Positions 38,939-48,677 of a stretch of DNA of 64,000 nt are shown one piece after another. Numbering within the stretch: the first letter of the stretch is position 1; each line of letters begins with the position of its first letter. The position numbers and the translations under genes are program-made. The DNA is taken from the NCBI GenBank assembly GCA_025062195.1, contig JANXAS010000001.1:872-64871 (forward strand). The letters run 5' to 3'. The DNA is from Armatimonadota bacterium (GTDB taxonomy: Bacteria > Armatimonadota > Fervidibacteria > Fervidibacterales > Thermosaccharophagaceae). Under the pieces are notes generated by a model. It was not told the DNA's origin and did not search any database. It saw only the letters and a program-made list of their open reading frames with translations.

Positions 38939-40387
38939 GTGGAAATGAGCACAAGCCAGGTTGAACAATTGCTTGAACAACTTAAGCACCCCGATTGGAC
39001 GGTGCGTTCCTCGGCTGCATACGAACTTGGCAGAATTAAGGAGACACACGCCGTTGAACCGCTGATTAAAATGCTGCGCAACGATGATTCTGACGCTGCA
39101 AGGAGTGCGGCAGCATCAGCGCTTGGTTGGATTGGCGACTCAAAGGCTGTTGAGCCACTGATAGAGGCTCTAAGGGATGAGTCATGGGATGTGCGAAATG
39201 CTGCTCAAGCTGCTCTTGTCCGTCTTGGCAGCGCAGCAGTTGATGCGCTAATAAGAGCAGCAAAAGATAGGGAGGCGGAGGTCCGGCACCTTGCCGTTGA
39301 GGCTCTCGGATATATTCGTGATGTGCGCTCAGTTGAGACGCTAATTGAAGCAATGGAAGACAGCTCTTGGGATGTGCGGACTGCAGCCGGACAGGCATTG
39401 GAGAGCATCGGGAAAGAGGCTCTGGATGCTGTAATCAAGACTCTTGACCATACGAGGGTCGGACCGAAAATAGTTGCTGTGAGTGTTCTTGCACGCTTCA
39501 AAGACGAGCCAGCTGCTATTGAAGCCCTGATAAGGGCTTTGGGGGATCCAGAGGAGAGGGTGAGAAAGGCTGCGGAGAGAGTGCTTGAGCAATTGGGCTA
39601 TAGCGATATAGTCAAGCTTGCCTCCGATGTTCTTTCAGGTGTTGATGGCGCAATAGAGCGATTGAGCGAGCAAAAAGAGAAACGCCTGCTTGAAACATTT
39701 CTTCGTGCACTTAAGGCGAACGAGAAGGAAGTCAGGCTGAACGCAATTGAAGCTTTGAAAGTCCTCTCAGACATACGCTCAATTGATGGCTTGATTGAAG
39801 CAACGAAGGATTCAGAGTGGGAGGTCAGGGCTTCAGCAGCAGAGGCACTCGCAAAGGTTGGTGGCAAAGGTGCAGCCGAACCTATCATCTCGCTTCTTGG
39901 CGACGAAGTTTGGTATGTGCGCAGGGCTGCAGTGAAAGCGCTTAAGACACTCAAAGATCCTCGCGCCATACCTGAGCTTGCAAAGGCGTTGAGCGATTGG
40001 GATGAGGAGGTGCGTAAGGCTGCAGAAGAGGCAATCGCCGAAATAGGTAAGCCAGCAATTGAAGCGATGCTGACAATGCTGCGCACAAGCAGGGATGAAA
40101 GGGCTGTAGAGGCAATCATTCGCATCCTTGGAAAGATAGCCGATACACACACGGTAGCGCAACTTTTACTTGACCTCAAAAATCCAGACTACAATGTGAG
40201 GGCAAGAGCTGCTCAAGCCCTTGGCGAAATAAAAGACCCAAAAGCGCTTCCACACTTAAAGCGGTTGGCGAGATGGTGGCGCTTAAAAGAGCGTAAGGAA
40301 GTTAAGCGTGCTGCGAGATTGGCAATCAAGAAGATACTTGAGGAGCGGAAGCGGCAAAGGAGGGCGAGACGCTTAAGGCGACGATGA
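38939..40387 (+). CDS. HEAT-repeat (PBS-lyase-type) protein with polybasic C-terminal tail
   Basis: 482 aa. More than 12 tandem repeats of about 31 aa of the form D..VR..AA.ALG.IGD..AVEPLI.AL.D. Ends KRQRRARRLRRR. Confidence 0.85.
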   Translation: MEMSTSQVEQLLEQLKHPDWTVRSSAAYELGRIKETHAVEPLIKMLRNDDSDAARSAAASALGWIGDSKAVEPLIEALRDESWDVRNAAQAALVRLGSAAVDALIRAAKDREAEVRHLAVEALGYIRDVRSVETLIEAMEDSSWDVRTAAGQALESIGKEALDAVIKTLDHTRVGPKIVAVSVLARFKDEPAAIEALIRALGDPEERVRKAAERVLEQLGYSDIVKLASDVLSGVDGAIERLSEQKEKRLLETFLRALKANEKEVRLNAIEALKVLSDIRSIDGLIEATKDSEWEVRASAAEALAKVGGKGAAEPIISLLGDEVWYVRRAAVKALKTLKDPRAIPELAKALSDWDEEVRKAAEEAIAEIGKPAIEAMLTMLRTSRDERAVEAIIRILGKIADTHTVAQLLLDLKNPDYNVRARAAQALGEIKDPKALPHLKRLARWWRLKERKEVKRAARLAIKKILEERKRQRRARRLRRR

Positions 40388-40967
40388 GCGCTCGCTTTGG
40401 GACATCAAAAGAAATACCTTGCAGGAACTAAGCGGGTGAGCACTGACGGCTTTTAAATCGCCAAAATCCCTTTTGGCTACTTGACGAGCTTTCATCAGCC
40501 CCCTGTGAACAAAGCCAGCTGCCCAACCCCTATACCTTGTATGGGTTAGGCAGTTGAATACACCATTCGTTTTTGAATGATGCCCGCACCGTAAATGAGG
40601 AATTTATATGATGAACGGCTCCAGCCACGAGATTTTTAAAGCCGCAAAATTTTTGTTCCGGGCTAAAGTCCATCCTACATGTGTGTTTGCCATTTATGCC
40701 GTTTGCGTTATTCGTTTCTGTGGTGGATTTTCTGGCATGCTTTCGTCCAAGCGTGCGCAACAACGCTAACTGTGCAAATTGAATCGGTATCTATCGGTTG
40801 GACATTCGTCCGCCCTACAAAACAACACCAAGCAAATGTTGCTGTAAGATGACAAGGTTGAAAACAGCTCCCACTAATTGGCATGAAAGGTCTTCAAGGA
40901 TGACAAGCAATAACGCTGCAGGCAAACGGTTGTAACTCAGGTTAACCAACTCACTTTGGTGATTGCG

Positions 40968-41741
40968 ATGTTCAAGGAAACATTGCTCAGAGCTACATTC
41001 ATCCACTTACCGGGCGTTGGAGAGAAGAGGGAGAGGATTTGGTGGAGGATGGGCATCACCTCATGGGAGAGATGGCTGTGTGAGTGCAATAGAGGGACGC
41101 TAAAACATGTCCTAACGAGCTGGAGAGAATTGATTGAGAAGTCAATAGCAGCGCTCAGGGAGGGTAATGCTTATTTCTTTGCGAGCATGCTGCCAAAGGT
41201 AGAGCATTGGCGATGCTACCGTGATTTTCAAGAAAGCGTTGTCTTCCTTGACATTGAGACAACAGGCACAAGCGATGATGACCATATCACTATTGTCGGA
41301 CTTTATGATGGCTATCACTATAGAACTTTCATACGGGGTTACAACATCCAAGACCTGTTTGAGGAGCTGCATGGCAAAGCCATCGTGGTGACATATTACG
41401 GGTCTCGTTTTGACATCCCATTTCTACAGAGGCGTTTCCCGAACATCCGCATACCGCCAATCCACATAGACCTGTGCTACTTGATGAAGCGCCTTGGATA
41501 CAAAGGCGGCTTAAAAACTGTGGAGAGACAACTCGGCATAGTGAGGGATCACGAGATTGATGGATTAAGCGGCTGGGATGCCGTGAGACTGTGGAATAGT
41601 TATGAGCGCTACAATGACGGATATGCACTGGAGCTGCTCATCAAATACAACCGAGCTGATACGGTTAACCTAAAGCCGCTAATGGAATTTGCATACAGCG
41701 AGATGGCATTGAGGTTGTGGTTGAGCGCGATTGAGAGGTGA
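40968..41741 (+). CDS. RNase H-like (YprB/COG3359-type) predicted exonuclease
   Basis: VVFLDIETTG...IVGLYDG...VVTYYGSRFDIPFLQRRF (DEDD-like motifs). N-terminal LPGVGEKRE helix-hairpin-helix-like segment. ATG at 40968, with in-frame TTG/GTG alternatives at 40956 and 40959. Confidence 0.65.
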   Translation: MFKETLLRATFIHLPGVGEKRERIWWRMGITSWERWLCECNRGTLKHVLTSWRELIEKSIAALREGNAYFFASMLPKVEHWRCYRDFQESVVFLDIETTGTSDDDHITIVGLYDGYHYRTFIRGYNIQDLFEELHGKAIVVTYYGSRFDIPFLQRRFPNIRIPPIHIDLCYLMKRLGYKGGLKTVERQLGIVRDHEIDGLSGWDAVRLWNSYERYNDGYALELLIKYNRADTVNLKPLMEFAYSEMALRLWLSAIER

Positions 41742-42591
41742 GACATTTGTGAACTGTGAATGCGTTCCATTTCGTGTCGGGATAATCGTTGGCACTGGGA
41801 TTGAGGACCTTGCAAAGCAATTTCAGGCTGCAATGCATGGATTGAGCGATGTGGCAATAAGCACGCGCTATGGCGAAGTCAAACTGCTGCAAGCGAAATG
41901 TAAGCGCTCATCATATGATGGAGAGATTGAAGTTTTCATCCTGCCACGGCATGGTTTAGGATGCCACCTGCCACCGCACTTGATTAACTACAAAGCTAAC
42001 ATAGCTGCAATGAAGCGTCTTCAAGTTGACGGCATAATCGCCACTGCTGCAGTTGGTGCATTGCATAGTGAACTTAGCATCGGCAAGATTGTCATCCCTG
42101 ACCAACTCATTGATTGGACGAAACAGCGTCCACTCACATTCTTTGATGAATGTGCCGTAGCTGTCCATGTTGATGTGACTCAGCCATATTGCGAGCGCTT
42201 GAGAAAACTGCTTCTTGCCTCAGCCGAACATGCAGGTGTAAGCGCCATAGATACTGGTTGCTACATTTGCGCCGATGGACCGAGATATGAAACTGCAGCG
42301 GAAGTTAAAGCCATGAGAATACTTGGCGGTGATATTGTCGGTATGACCGCGGCTACCGAGGCAATCCTTGCAAGGGAAGCCGAAGTCTGCTATGCGCTGG
42401 TATGTGTGGTAACGAATTACGCAGCTGGTGTTTTAGGCGCTCGCCCGTCACACTCAGAAGTGGTGGAAGTTATGAGGCAGGCTAACACCAAACTGATGAA
42501 CATAATTGCCACCTCAATTGAGAGATATAAGTGTTATGATTGTCCATGCAAGCACTCGCTTGATGGCTACGGTGTGAAAGCGCCAGTTTGA
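41731..42591 (+). CDS. mtnP: 5'-methylthioadenosine / purine nucleoside phosphorylase family
   Basis: GIIVGTG, LPRHG..H..PPHLINYKANI, GPRYETAAE, DIVGMT, VTNYAAG. Start codon uncertain. Confidence 0.7.
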   Translation: MRGETFVNCECVPFRVGIIVGTGIEDLAKQFQAAMHGLSDVAISTRYGEVKLLQAKCKRSSYDGEIEVFILPRHGLGCHLPPHLINYKANIAAMKRLQVDGIIATAAVGALHSELSIGKIVIPDQLIDWTKQRPLTFFDECAVAVHVDVTQPYCERLRKLLLASAEHAGVSAIDTGCYICADGPRYETAAEVKAMRILGGDIVGMTAATEAILAREAEVCYALVCVVTNYAAGVLGARPSHSEVVEVMRQANTKLMNIIATSIERYKCYDCPCKHSLDGYGVKAPV

Positions 42592-42885
42592 GCGCATTGG
42601 GTATTGATTGATGTATGGTATGTCCATTCTTCTCATCTGCCAGACATGCCCCCTGCTCACTTGGCTTAGTAGGATGATGCACTCACACCTGCACAACAGC
42701 GAGCTGCGCTTTTAGCTGCACACTCAAAATCAACATTTAGCGTGGCATCAAGCCATAGTCGCAGTTACAATGTTTCATAACCGAACCAGTGTGTGATGTT
42801 ATGCCTGTCATGTGTCCGGTTGCAAGGAGCCCTGCTGATTGGTGGGAAGCACTTTCCCGGTTGATGAGAGGAGGAGCGATGCCAC

Positions 42886-44124
42886 ATGAGGCGCATCAAA
42901 GCGTTAAGGTGCCGTGAATGTGGCAGTGAGTATCCGATTGAGCCATTGCATGTGTGTGAATATTGTTTTGGACCGCTTGAGGTGGAATACGATTATGACG
43001 CCCTCTCAAAGCTTGTTACGCACGAGAGCATTGCAAAAGGTCCTACAAGCTTGTGGCGCTACTACGACTTGCTCCCTGTTGATTCACCGCTCCATGAATG
43101 CGTTGATCTGGGCGGTGGGTTTACACCACTGGTTGAAGCCACACGGTTGGGTGAGAAGTTGGGGGTGCGCAGGCTATACATCAAGAATGACACAGTCAAT
43201 CCAACATGGTCATTCAAGGACAGAGTTGTATCGGTCGCTGTGACGAAGGCAAAGGAATTCGGATTTGATACAGTTGCGTGCGCCTCGACTGGCAACTTGG
43301 CAAACTCACTTGCCGCGCATGCTGCAAAGGTGGGCATGCGCTGTTTTGTATTCGTGCCAGCAGATATTGAACTTAGCAAGGTGGTTGGCTCGCTCGTTTA
43401 CGGTCCGCAACTTGTAGCCGTTGAGGGCAACTACGACGAGGTGAACAGGCTTTGCGTTGAGGTCGCATCAAGGTTTGGATGGGCATTCGTGAATATCAAC
43501 ATACGCCCATACTACAGCGAGGGGAGCAAGACGATAGCGCTTGAAGTCCTTGAGCAATTGAACTGGAAAGCACCAGAGCATATCGTCGTCCCAGTTGCAT
43601 CCGGTTCTTTGCTCACAAAAGTTTGGAAGGGGATAAAGGAATGCTATCGCATCGGTCTGATTGAATCCGTGCGCACAAAGGTGCATGGAGCACAACCATC
43701 CGGATGTGCACCAGTTGTGAACGCCTTTAAGTTGGGTGCAAGCATGCCAAAGCCTGTTAAGCCACAGACAATAGTTAAGTCACTCGCTATAGGTAATCCA
43801 GCAGATGGTATTTATGCGCTGCGAGCGATAAGAGAAAGCGGTGGTGTGGCTGAAGAGGTCACCGATGAGGAAGTTGTTGAGGCAATAAAGCTTTTGGCGG
43901 AGACGGAAGGTATATGGGCTGAGACAGCCGGGGGTGTCACTATAGCTGTTTTGAAGAAACTTATCCGGCAAGGCATTATCAAGCGAGATGAATTGACCGT
44001 AGCTCTTGTGACTGGCTCTGGAATAAAGACATCCGAGGTAGTGTGCGAATCCCTCAGGGAGCCGATACGCATACAGCCAAGGTTGAAAGCTTTTGAGGAG
44101 GCATTGCAAAAGCTGCAACTTTGA
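42886..44124 (+). CDS. thrC: Threonine synthase-family PLP enzyme with N-terminal zinc ribbon
   Basis: 412 aa. CRECG...CEYCFGPLEVEYDY ribbon. PLP lysine motif WSFKDR. ASTGN, GSG loop. Confidence 0.75.
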   Translation: MRRIKALRCRECGSEYPIEPLHVCEYCFGPLEVEYDYDALSKLVTHESIAKGPTSLWRYYDLLPVDSPLHECVDLGGGFTPLVEATRLGEKLGVRRLYIKNDTVNPTWSFKDRVVSVAVTKAKEFGFDTVACASTGNLANSLAAHAAKVGMRCFVFVPADIELSKVVGSLVYGPQLVAVEGNYDEVNRLCVEVASRFGWAFVNINIRPYYSEGSKTIALEVLEQLNWKAPEHIVVPVASGSLLTKVWKGIKECYRIGLIESVRTKVHGAQPSGCAPVVNAFKLGASMPKPVKPQTIVKSLAIGNPADGIYALRAIRESGGVAEEVTDEEVVEAIKLLAETEGIWAETAGGVTIAVLKKLIRQGIIKRDELTVALVTGSGIKTSEVVCESLREPIRIQPRLKAFEEALQKLQL

Positions 44125-44219
44125 TGTTATCAATTAGTGTGCAGCTACGAGGCGTATGAAATTTGACGCTGTCATGCGTTATACTATTTAGCAAAGCGAG
44201 CCGAATATGAGGTGAAGTT

Positions 44220-44462
44220 GTGATGGCGGTTCGCCGTTATCACCTCACATTCCCGAAAGAGCTTGTGACAGAACCAGTTATCTACTACTTGGGGAAGGAC
44301 TTCAATGTGATCACGAATATAAGGCGAGCCAATGTTGATCAAGACGGTGGATGGGTTGACTTAGAGATTGAGGGCGACGAGGAGGAGATTGAACGCGCTG
44401 TGGAGAGCTTGAAACGGAAAGGTGTTGGTGTTGACCCGATTGAGCGCCAAGTGATTGAGTGA
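44220..44462 (+). CDS. Stand-alone NIL-domain protein
   Basis: 80 aa. YHLTFPKELVTEPVIYYLGKDFNVITNIRRANVDQDGGWVDLEIEGDEEEIERAVESLKRKGVGVD fits the NIL (MetN C-terminal-like) pattern. GAGGTGA Shine-Dalgarno sequence upstream. Confidence 0.6.
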   Translation: MMAVRRYHLTFPKELVTEPVIYYLGKDFNVITNIRRANVDQDGGWVDLEIEGDEEEIERAVESLKRKGVGVDPIERQVIE

Positions 44463-44631
44463 AAGCTCATCTGGAAGCATTGTTGTGAGGGATGAGCAGA
44501 TGAGCCAAAGGCATGGTAAAGTGGCTAAAGAACATAATTGTGCATTTGATGGGCGGACGAAACTGTGTTTAGTAGGTTATCACCATGGGAGTGTCCTTTC
44601 CATCCTTCCTCTACTCTTAGCCTTTGTCCTC

Positions 44632-44652
44632 CTGCCCGCTTAAGGCGGGCAG
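44632..44652 (+). promoter_or_regulatory. GC-rich hairpin upstream of ilvB
   Basis: CTGCCCGC (44632-44639) / GCGGGCAG (44645-44652), 5-nt loop. No downstream U-tract. The stop codon of the L/V/I-rich ORF 44455..44643 lies in the loop. Confidence 0.35.
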
Positions 44653-44712
44653 AGAGATGCGACCCCTTTAACCTTAAATCCCTAAAACAACGCTGCTTCA
44701 TTTACTCCGACT

Positions 44713-46479
44713 GTGAGGGGGGTTATGCTCATGGGTATTAAAGCAGCCGAACTATTAGTGCACACGCTCATAGAGGAGGGCGTGGAAATAATCTTCGGAA
44801 TACCAGGTGGGGCTGTGTTGGAAATCTTTGATGCCATTTACCATCATCGCGACAAGCTCAAATTCGTGTTAACGAGGCATGAGCAAGGCGCGGCGCACGA
44901 AGCTGATGGCTATGCTCGCTCAACTGGTAAAGTAGGAGTTTGCATGGCTACGAGTGGACCTGGCTCAACAAACTTGGTGACTGGGTTGGCTGCAGCAATG
45001 ATGGACTCGTCATCCGTTGTCGCCATAACCGGTCAAGTGGCAACGCCGTTTATTGGGAGAGATGCTTTTCAAGAGACGGACACAACCGGAGTGACGATGC
45101 CGATCACAAAACACAACTTCCTTGCGATGAGCGCGGAGGAACTGCCGAGAATTATCAAGGAAGCTTTTTACATAGCGAGGACTGGAAGAAGGGGACCTGT
45201 GCTCGTGGATATACCGAGAGATGTATCACGCACAGAACTTGATGAGGACTTTCCAATACCGAAGGAAGTGAGCCTGCGCAGTTACAAAGTTACATTGAGG
45301 GGTCATCCCCTTATGGTAAAGCGAGCCGCCGAAATGATAGCGAACTGCTCAAAGCCAACACTTTACATTGGCGGCGGCGTGATCGCATCGGGCGCATCTG
45401 ATGGAGTAAGGGAACTTGCCGAACGATGCAACATACCTGTTGTCTACACTCTCATGGCTAAGGGTGCATTCCCGGACAACCACCCCCTCTGTCTCGGTAT
45501 GGGTGGAATGCATGGGACAGTAGCAGCAAACATGGCTTTGAACACCTGCGACCTGCTCATATGTATTGGTGCTCGCTTTGATGACCGAATAACTGGCAAC
45601 CCAAAGGAGTTTGCGAAGGTGTCAAAGAAGATCCACATAGACATTGACCCGGCAGAGGTGGGGAAGAATGTCAAGGTGGATGTGCCCATCGTCGGTGATG
45701 CAAAGGCAGTCTTACAACAACTTCTTGAGAACTTGCAACCAAAGAGACATGACAGTTGGCTTGAACAAGTTATGGATTGGAAGAGGAATTATCCGCTCAC
45801 ATACGATCGCTCTTCCGAGCTGCTCAAGCCACAGTATGTCGTTGAGGTGACCGCAAAGTTGACTAACAACTCCGCTATTGTTGTGACCGATGTCGGGCAG
45901 AACCAGATGTGGGCGGCTCAATATTACCCGTGCAGCCGTCCGAGGCAATTCATAAGTTCGGGAGGGCTTGGGACGATGGGCTTTGGCTTTCCGGCAAGCA
46001 TTGGGGCACAATTCGGCAATCCGGACAAGCTTGTCGTTGCGTTCGTTGGCGATGGTGGCTTCCAAATGACGATGTATGAACTTGCTACGGCTGTATTGCA
46101 CAGCTTGCCAATCAAAGTCATCATCTTCAATAACTTCTTTCTTGGAATGGTGAAGCAGTGGCAGGACTTGTTTTTTGGAGGCAGACACTCAGCTACGATG
46201 CTGCACGGCAACCCAGACTTTGTGAAGGTGGCTGAAGCATTTGGTGCAATCGGCTTCAGGGTTCAAAAGCCGGAGGAGTTACAGCCAACGCTTGAGAGGG
46301 CTCTTGAAGTAAATGATAAGCCCTGCATCATTGATTGCTGGGTTGACCCGAACGAGCATGTTTATCCGATGATACCCGCAGGTGGGACGATAAAGGACTT
46401 AATCCTTCCGCCACAATTTAGACACAAGAAGCAGGAGTTGCTTGAACAGGTGGCAGCAGCACACGCAGCTGCCGCGTAG
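44713..46479 (+). CDS. ilvB: Acetolactate synthase large subunit
   Basis: 588 aa. TPP enzyme N-terminal domain (GIPGGAVLEIFDA), central domain, TPP-binding GGLGTMGFGFPASIGA...GDGGFQM...NN. Start probably a few codons downstream (MLMGIKAAE). Confidence 0.9.
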   Translation: MRGVMLMGIKAAELLVHTLIEEGVEIIFGIPGGAVLEIFDAIYHHRDKLKFVLTRHEQGAAHEADGYARSTGKVGVCMATSGPGSTNLVTGLAAAMMDSSSVVAITGQVATPFIGRDAFQETDTTGVTMPITKHNFLAMSAEELPRIIKEAFYIARTGRRGPVLVDIPRDVSRTELDEDFPIPKEVSLRSYKVTLRGHPLMVKRAAEMIANCSKPTLYIGGGVIASGASDGVRELAERCNIPVVYTLMAKGAFPDNHPLCLGMGGMHGTVAANMALNTCDLLICIGARFDDRITGNPKEFAKVSKKIHIDIDPAEVGKNVKVDVPIVGDAKAVLQQLLENLQPKRHDSWLEQVMDWKRNYPLTYDRSSELLKPQYVVEVTAKLTNNSAIVVTDVGQNQMWAAQYYPCSRPRQFISSGGLGTMGFGFPASIGAQFGNPDKLVVAFVGDGGFQMTMYELATAVLHSLPIKVIIFNNFFLGMVKQWQDLFFGGRHSATMLHGNPDFVKVAEAFGAIGFRVQKPEELQPTLERALEVNDKPCIIDCWVDPNEHVYPMIPAGGTIKDLILPPQFRHKKQELLEQVAAAHAAAA

Positions 46480-46514
46480 CGGCATAAAGCTAAATTCCGT
46501 GAGGTGGCTGCAGC

Positions 46515-47024
46515 ATGGCAAACGAACGCAAGGATTACGAGTTGCACACTCTCTCTGTTCTCGTTGAGAACCGCCCAGGAGTGCTTGCGAGGATAGCTGG
46601 ATTGTTCAGGAGGCGCGGCTTCAACATTGAGAGCCTGTCAGTGAGCACAACTGATGACCCAACCGTATCAAGGATGACTATCGTAGTTGGTGGCGATGAC
46701 GCAACGATTGAGCAGATAACGAAGCAGCTAAACAAATTGATTGATGTGATCAAGGTGCAAGATCACACTGGCGAAGATGTGGTTGAACGAGAGTTATCGC
46801 TAATAAAGGTAAGTTGTGAGCCGGAGCAGCGAAGTGAGATACTCAACCTTGTCACTATATTTCGTGCATCAATTGTTGATGTGGGCGCAAACACAATGAT
46901 GATTGAGATAACGGGCACTGAGGATAAGATAAATGCAATGCTTGAGCTGCTCCGACCATATGGCATACTTGAGGTCGCACGGACTGGAAAGGTGATATTG
47001 GCTCGTGGCTCTAAGACGACTTAA
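46515..47024 (+). CDS. ilvN: Acetolactate synthase small (regulatory) subunit
   Basis: 169 aa. ACT domain HTLSVLVENRPGVLARIAGLFRRRGFNIESL, plus C-terminal ALS_ss_C-like half. Confidence 0.9.
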   Translation: MANERKDYELHTLSVLVENRPGVLARIAGLFRRRGFNIESLSVSTTDDPTVSRMTIVVGGDDATIEQITKQLNKLIDVIKVQDHTGEDVVERELSLIKVSCEPEQRSEILNLVTIFRASIVDVGANTMMIEITGTEDKINAMLELLRPYGILEVARTGKVILARGSKTT

Positions 47025-47073
47025 ATGCTCCTTAGCACCTTGATAAATTGAGCCTCATTTGGTGGTGAAAGAA

Positions 47074-47463
47074 ATGCATCCTGAACAAATGCGAGAGCTG
47101 ATCAGTGAGAGCACCGCTGACAAACTGATTCTCATAATAGCGCTGTTGTCGCCAGTTATTGGATTAGCCTTTGGAGCAATTTGGGGCATGTTTAAAAGGA
47201 AGCTTTTCTGGGGTTTGTGCAACGGTCTTCTAATTGGTATGCTCGGCGTGCTCAACCTTATTCTGTGGCGTTTCCACAAATACCGAATGAGGTTTGACCC
47301 AGCAACTGGCTATGCTGGGTTACACAGGGTTGATGTGCTTCTTGAAAACCTTCTTGTGTTTATCTTGGTCGGTATAGCCGTTGGTGTTGCAGCAGGGCTT
47401 TATGTAAGGCGGTTTGGGAAGTATTGGCAGGGTGAGCAATCCAAAACTGAGGGGGTGGACTGA
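47074..47463 (+). CDS. Small hypothetical membrane protein embedded between ilvN and ilvC
   Basis: About 129 aa from the ATG at 47074 (GGTGGTGA upstream; TTG/GTG alternatives at 47059-47065). Three predicted TM helices. The stop at 47461-47463 is 1 nt before the ilvC ATG. Confidence 0.5.
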   Translation: MHPEQMRELISESTADKLILIIALLSPVIGLAFGAIWGMFKRKLFWGLCNGLLIGMLGVLNLILWRFHKYRMRFDPATGYAGLHRVDVLLENLLVFILVGIAVGVAAGLYVRRFGKYWQGEQSKTEGVD

Positions 47464-47464
47464 T

Positions 47465-48463
47465 ATGGCGAAGATATATTACGATGCCGATATGTCGCTT
47501 GAACCGCTGCAAGGTAAGACTGTAGCTATAGTCGGTTATGGTAATCAGGGGCGCGCTCATGCGCTCAATCTGCGTGACAGCGGCGTGAGCGTAATAGTTG
47601 GTGCACGCAGAGGCGGAGCATCATGGGAACGAGCCAATAGTGAAGGCTTCCAAGTGACGGAGATAGACGATGCAGTAAGTAGTGCGCATGTCATAAGCAT
47701 GTTGACGCCTGACCAAGTTATGCCACAGGTATACCGAGAACACGTCCATCAAAACTTGTCCGAAGGTAAAGCGCTTATGTTTGCGCATGGCTTCAACATA
47801 CACTACAGGCAGATAATCCCGCCGAAGTTCGTTGATGTGTGTCTTGTTGCTCCAAAAGGTCCTGGCGCACAATTGCGCTCCCTCTACGAGGATGGCAAAG
47901 GGCTACCGGCACTTGTTGCAGTAGAACAGGACTACACAGGCAATGCGATGCAAATTGCGCTCGCATACGCAAAGGGAATAGGTGCTGGCAGGGCTGGAGT
48001 GATAGAGACGACATTCGCTGAGGAGACGGAGACGGACTTGTTTGGTGAACAAGTTGTCCTATGCGGCGGATGCACCGAATTAATCAGAGCTGCTTTTGAG
48101 ACACTTGTTGATGCTGGCTACCAACCCGAGGTGGCTTACTTTGAATGCCTGCACGAACTGAAGCTCATCGTTGACCTTATCCACACAGAGGGAATAACTG
48201 GCATGAGGAAACGCATAAGCGACACAGCCGAATACGGTGACATAACGAGGGGCAAAAGAGTGATTAACGAGGCAAGCAGGAAAGCCATGAAGGAGATACT
48301 GAGAGAGATTCAAACTGGCGAATTCGCGCGAGAGTGGATACTTGAAAACATGGCAGGGCGAACAGTTTATCACACGGAGGGTAAAAGGCAAAGCGAACAC
48401 CTTATAGAGAAGGTTGGAGAAAAGCTGAGGGCAATGATGCCATGGCTCAAAGGCTCCAGTTGA
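47465..48463 (+). CDS. ilvC: Ketol-acid reductoisomerase
   Basis: MAKIYYDAD...[21 protein letters not shown]. Class I length (332 aa). The tracked ORF start at 47414 is too early. Confidence 0.95.
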   Translation: MAKIYYDADMSLEPLQGKTVAIVGYGNQGRAHALNLRDSGVSVIVGARRGGASWERANSEGFQVTEIDDAVSSAHVISMLTPDQVMPQVYREHVHQNLSEGKALMFAHGFNIHYRQIIPPKFVDVCLVAPKGPGAQLRSLYEDGKGLPALVAVEQDYTGNAMQIALAYAKGIGAGRAGVIETTFAEETETDLFGEQVVLCGGCTELIRAAFETLVDAGYQPEVAYFECLHELKLIVDLIHTEGITGMRKRISDTAEYGDITRGKRVINEASRKAMKEILREIQTGEFAREWILENMAGRTVYHTEGKRQSEHLIEKVGEKLRAMMPWLKGSS

Positions 48464-48677
48464 ACAAGTCGGATTCAAATGTCAGCGATTAAGGTGAGTT
48501 TCTATCTAAAAGAAGGTTACAAGAACCTTAATAGGTTGTGGTGATGTCCCAAAGTAGGCGATGCTCCTCTTGCGGGTCATGGCAACGGCATTTAATGAGC
48601 TGTAAAAGCCTGCGCTGCTGCACAGGGGCACTAAAGGTTAGGGGCGTGCATTCGTGCATTTGTTGGAGGTGAACCAA

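Noticed and set aside
39598-40179. 193-aa minus-strand ORF inside the HEAT-repeat gene, plus other antisense ORFs (45712..46188 in ilvB, 24483..24983 in E1 beta, 3929..4327 and 15769..16167)
   Set aside because: They are shadow ORFs opposite well-supported genes. Their composition is dominated by Ser/Ala/Arg and they have no start context.
42592-42885. SAM or other riboswitch, or a T-box, upstream of the ThrC-like gene
   Set aside because: I could not recognise SAM-I/II core motifs or T-box specifier and T-box sequences by eye. This needs an Rfam/Infernal scan and is not reportable from inspection.
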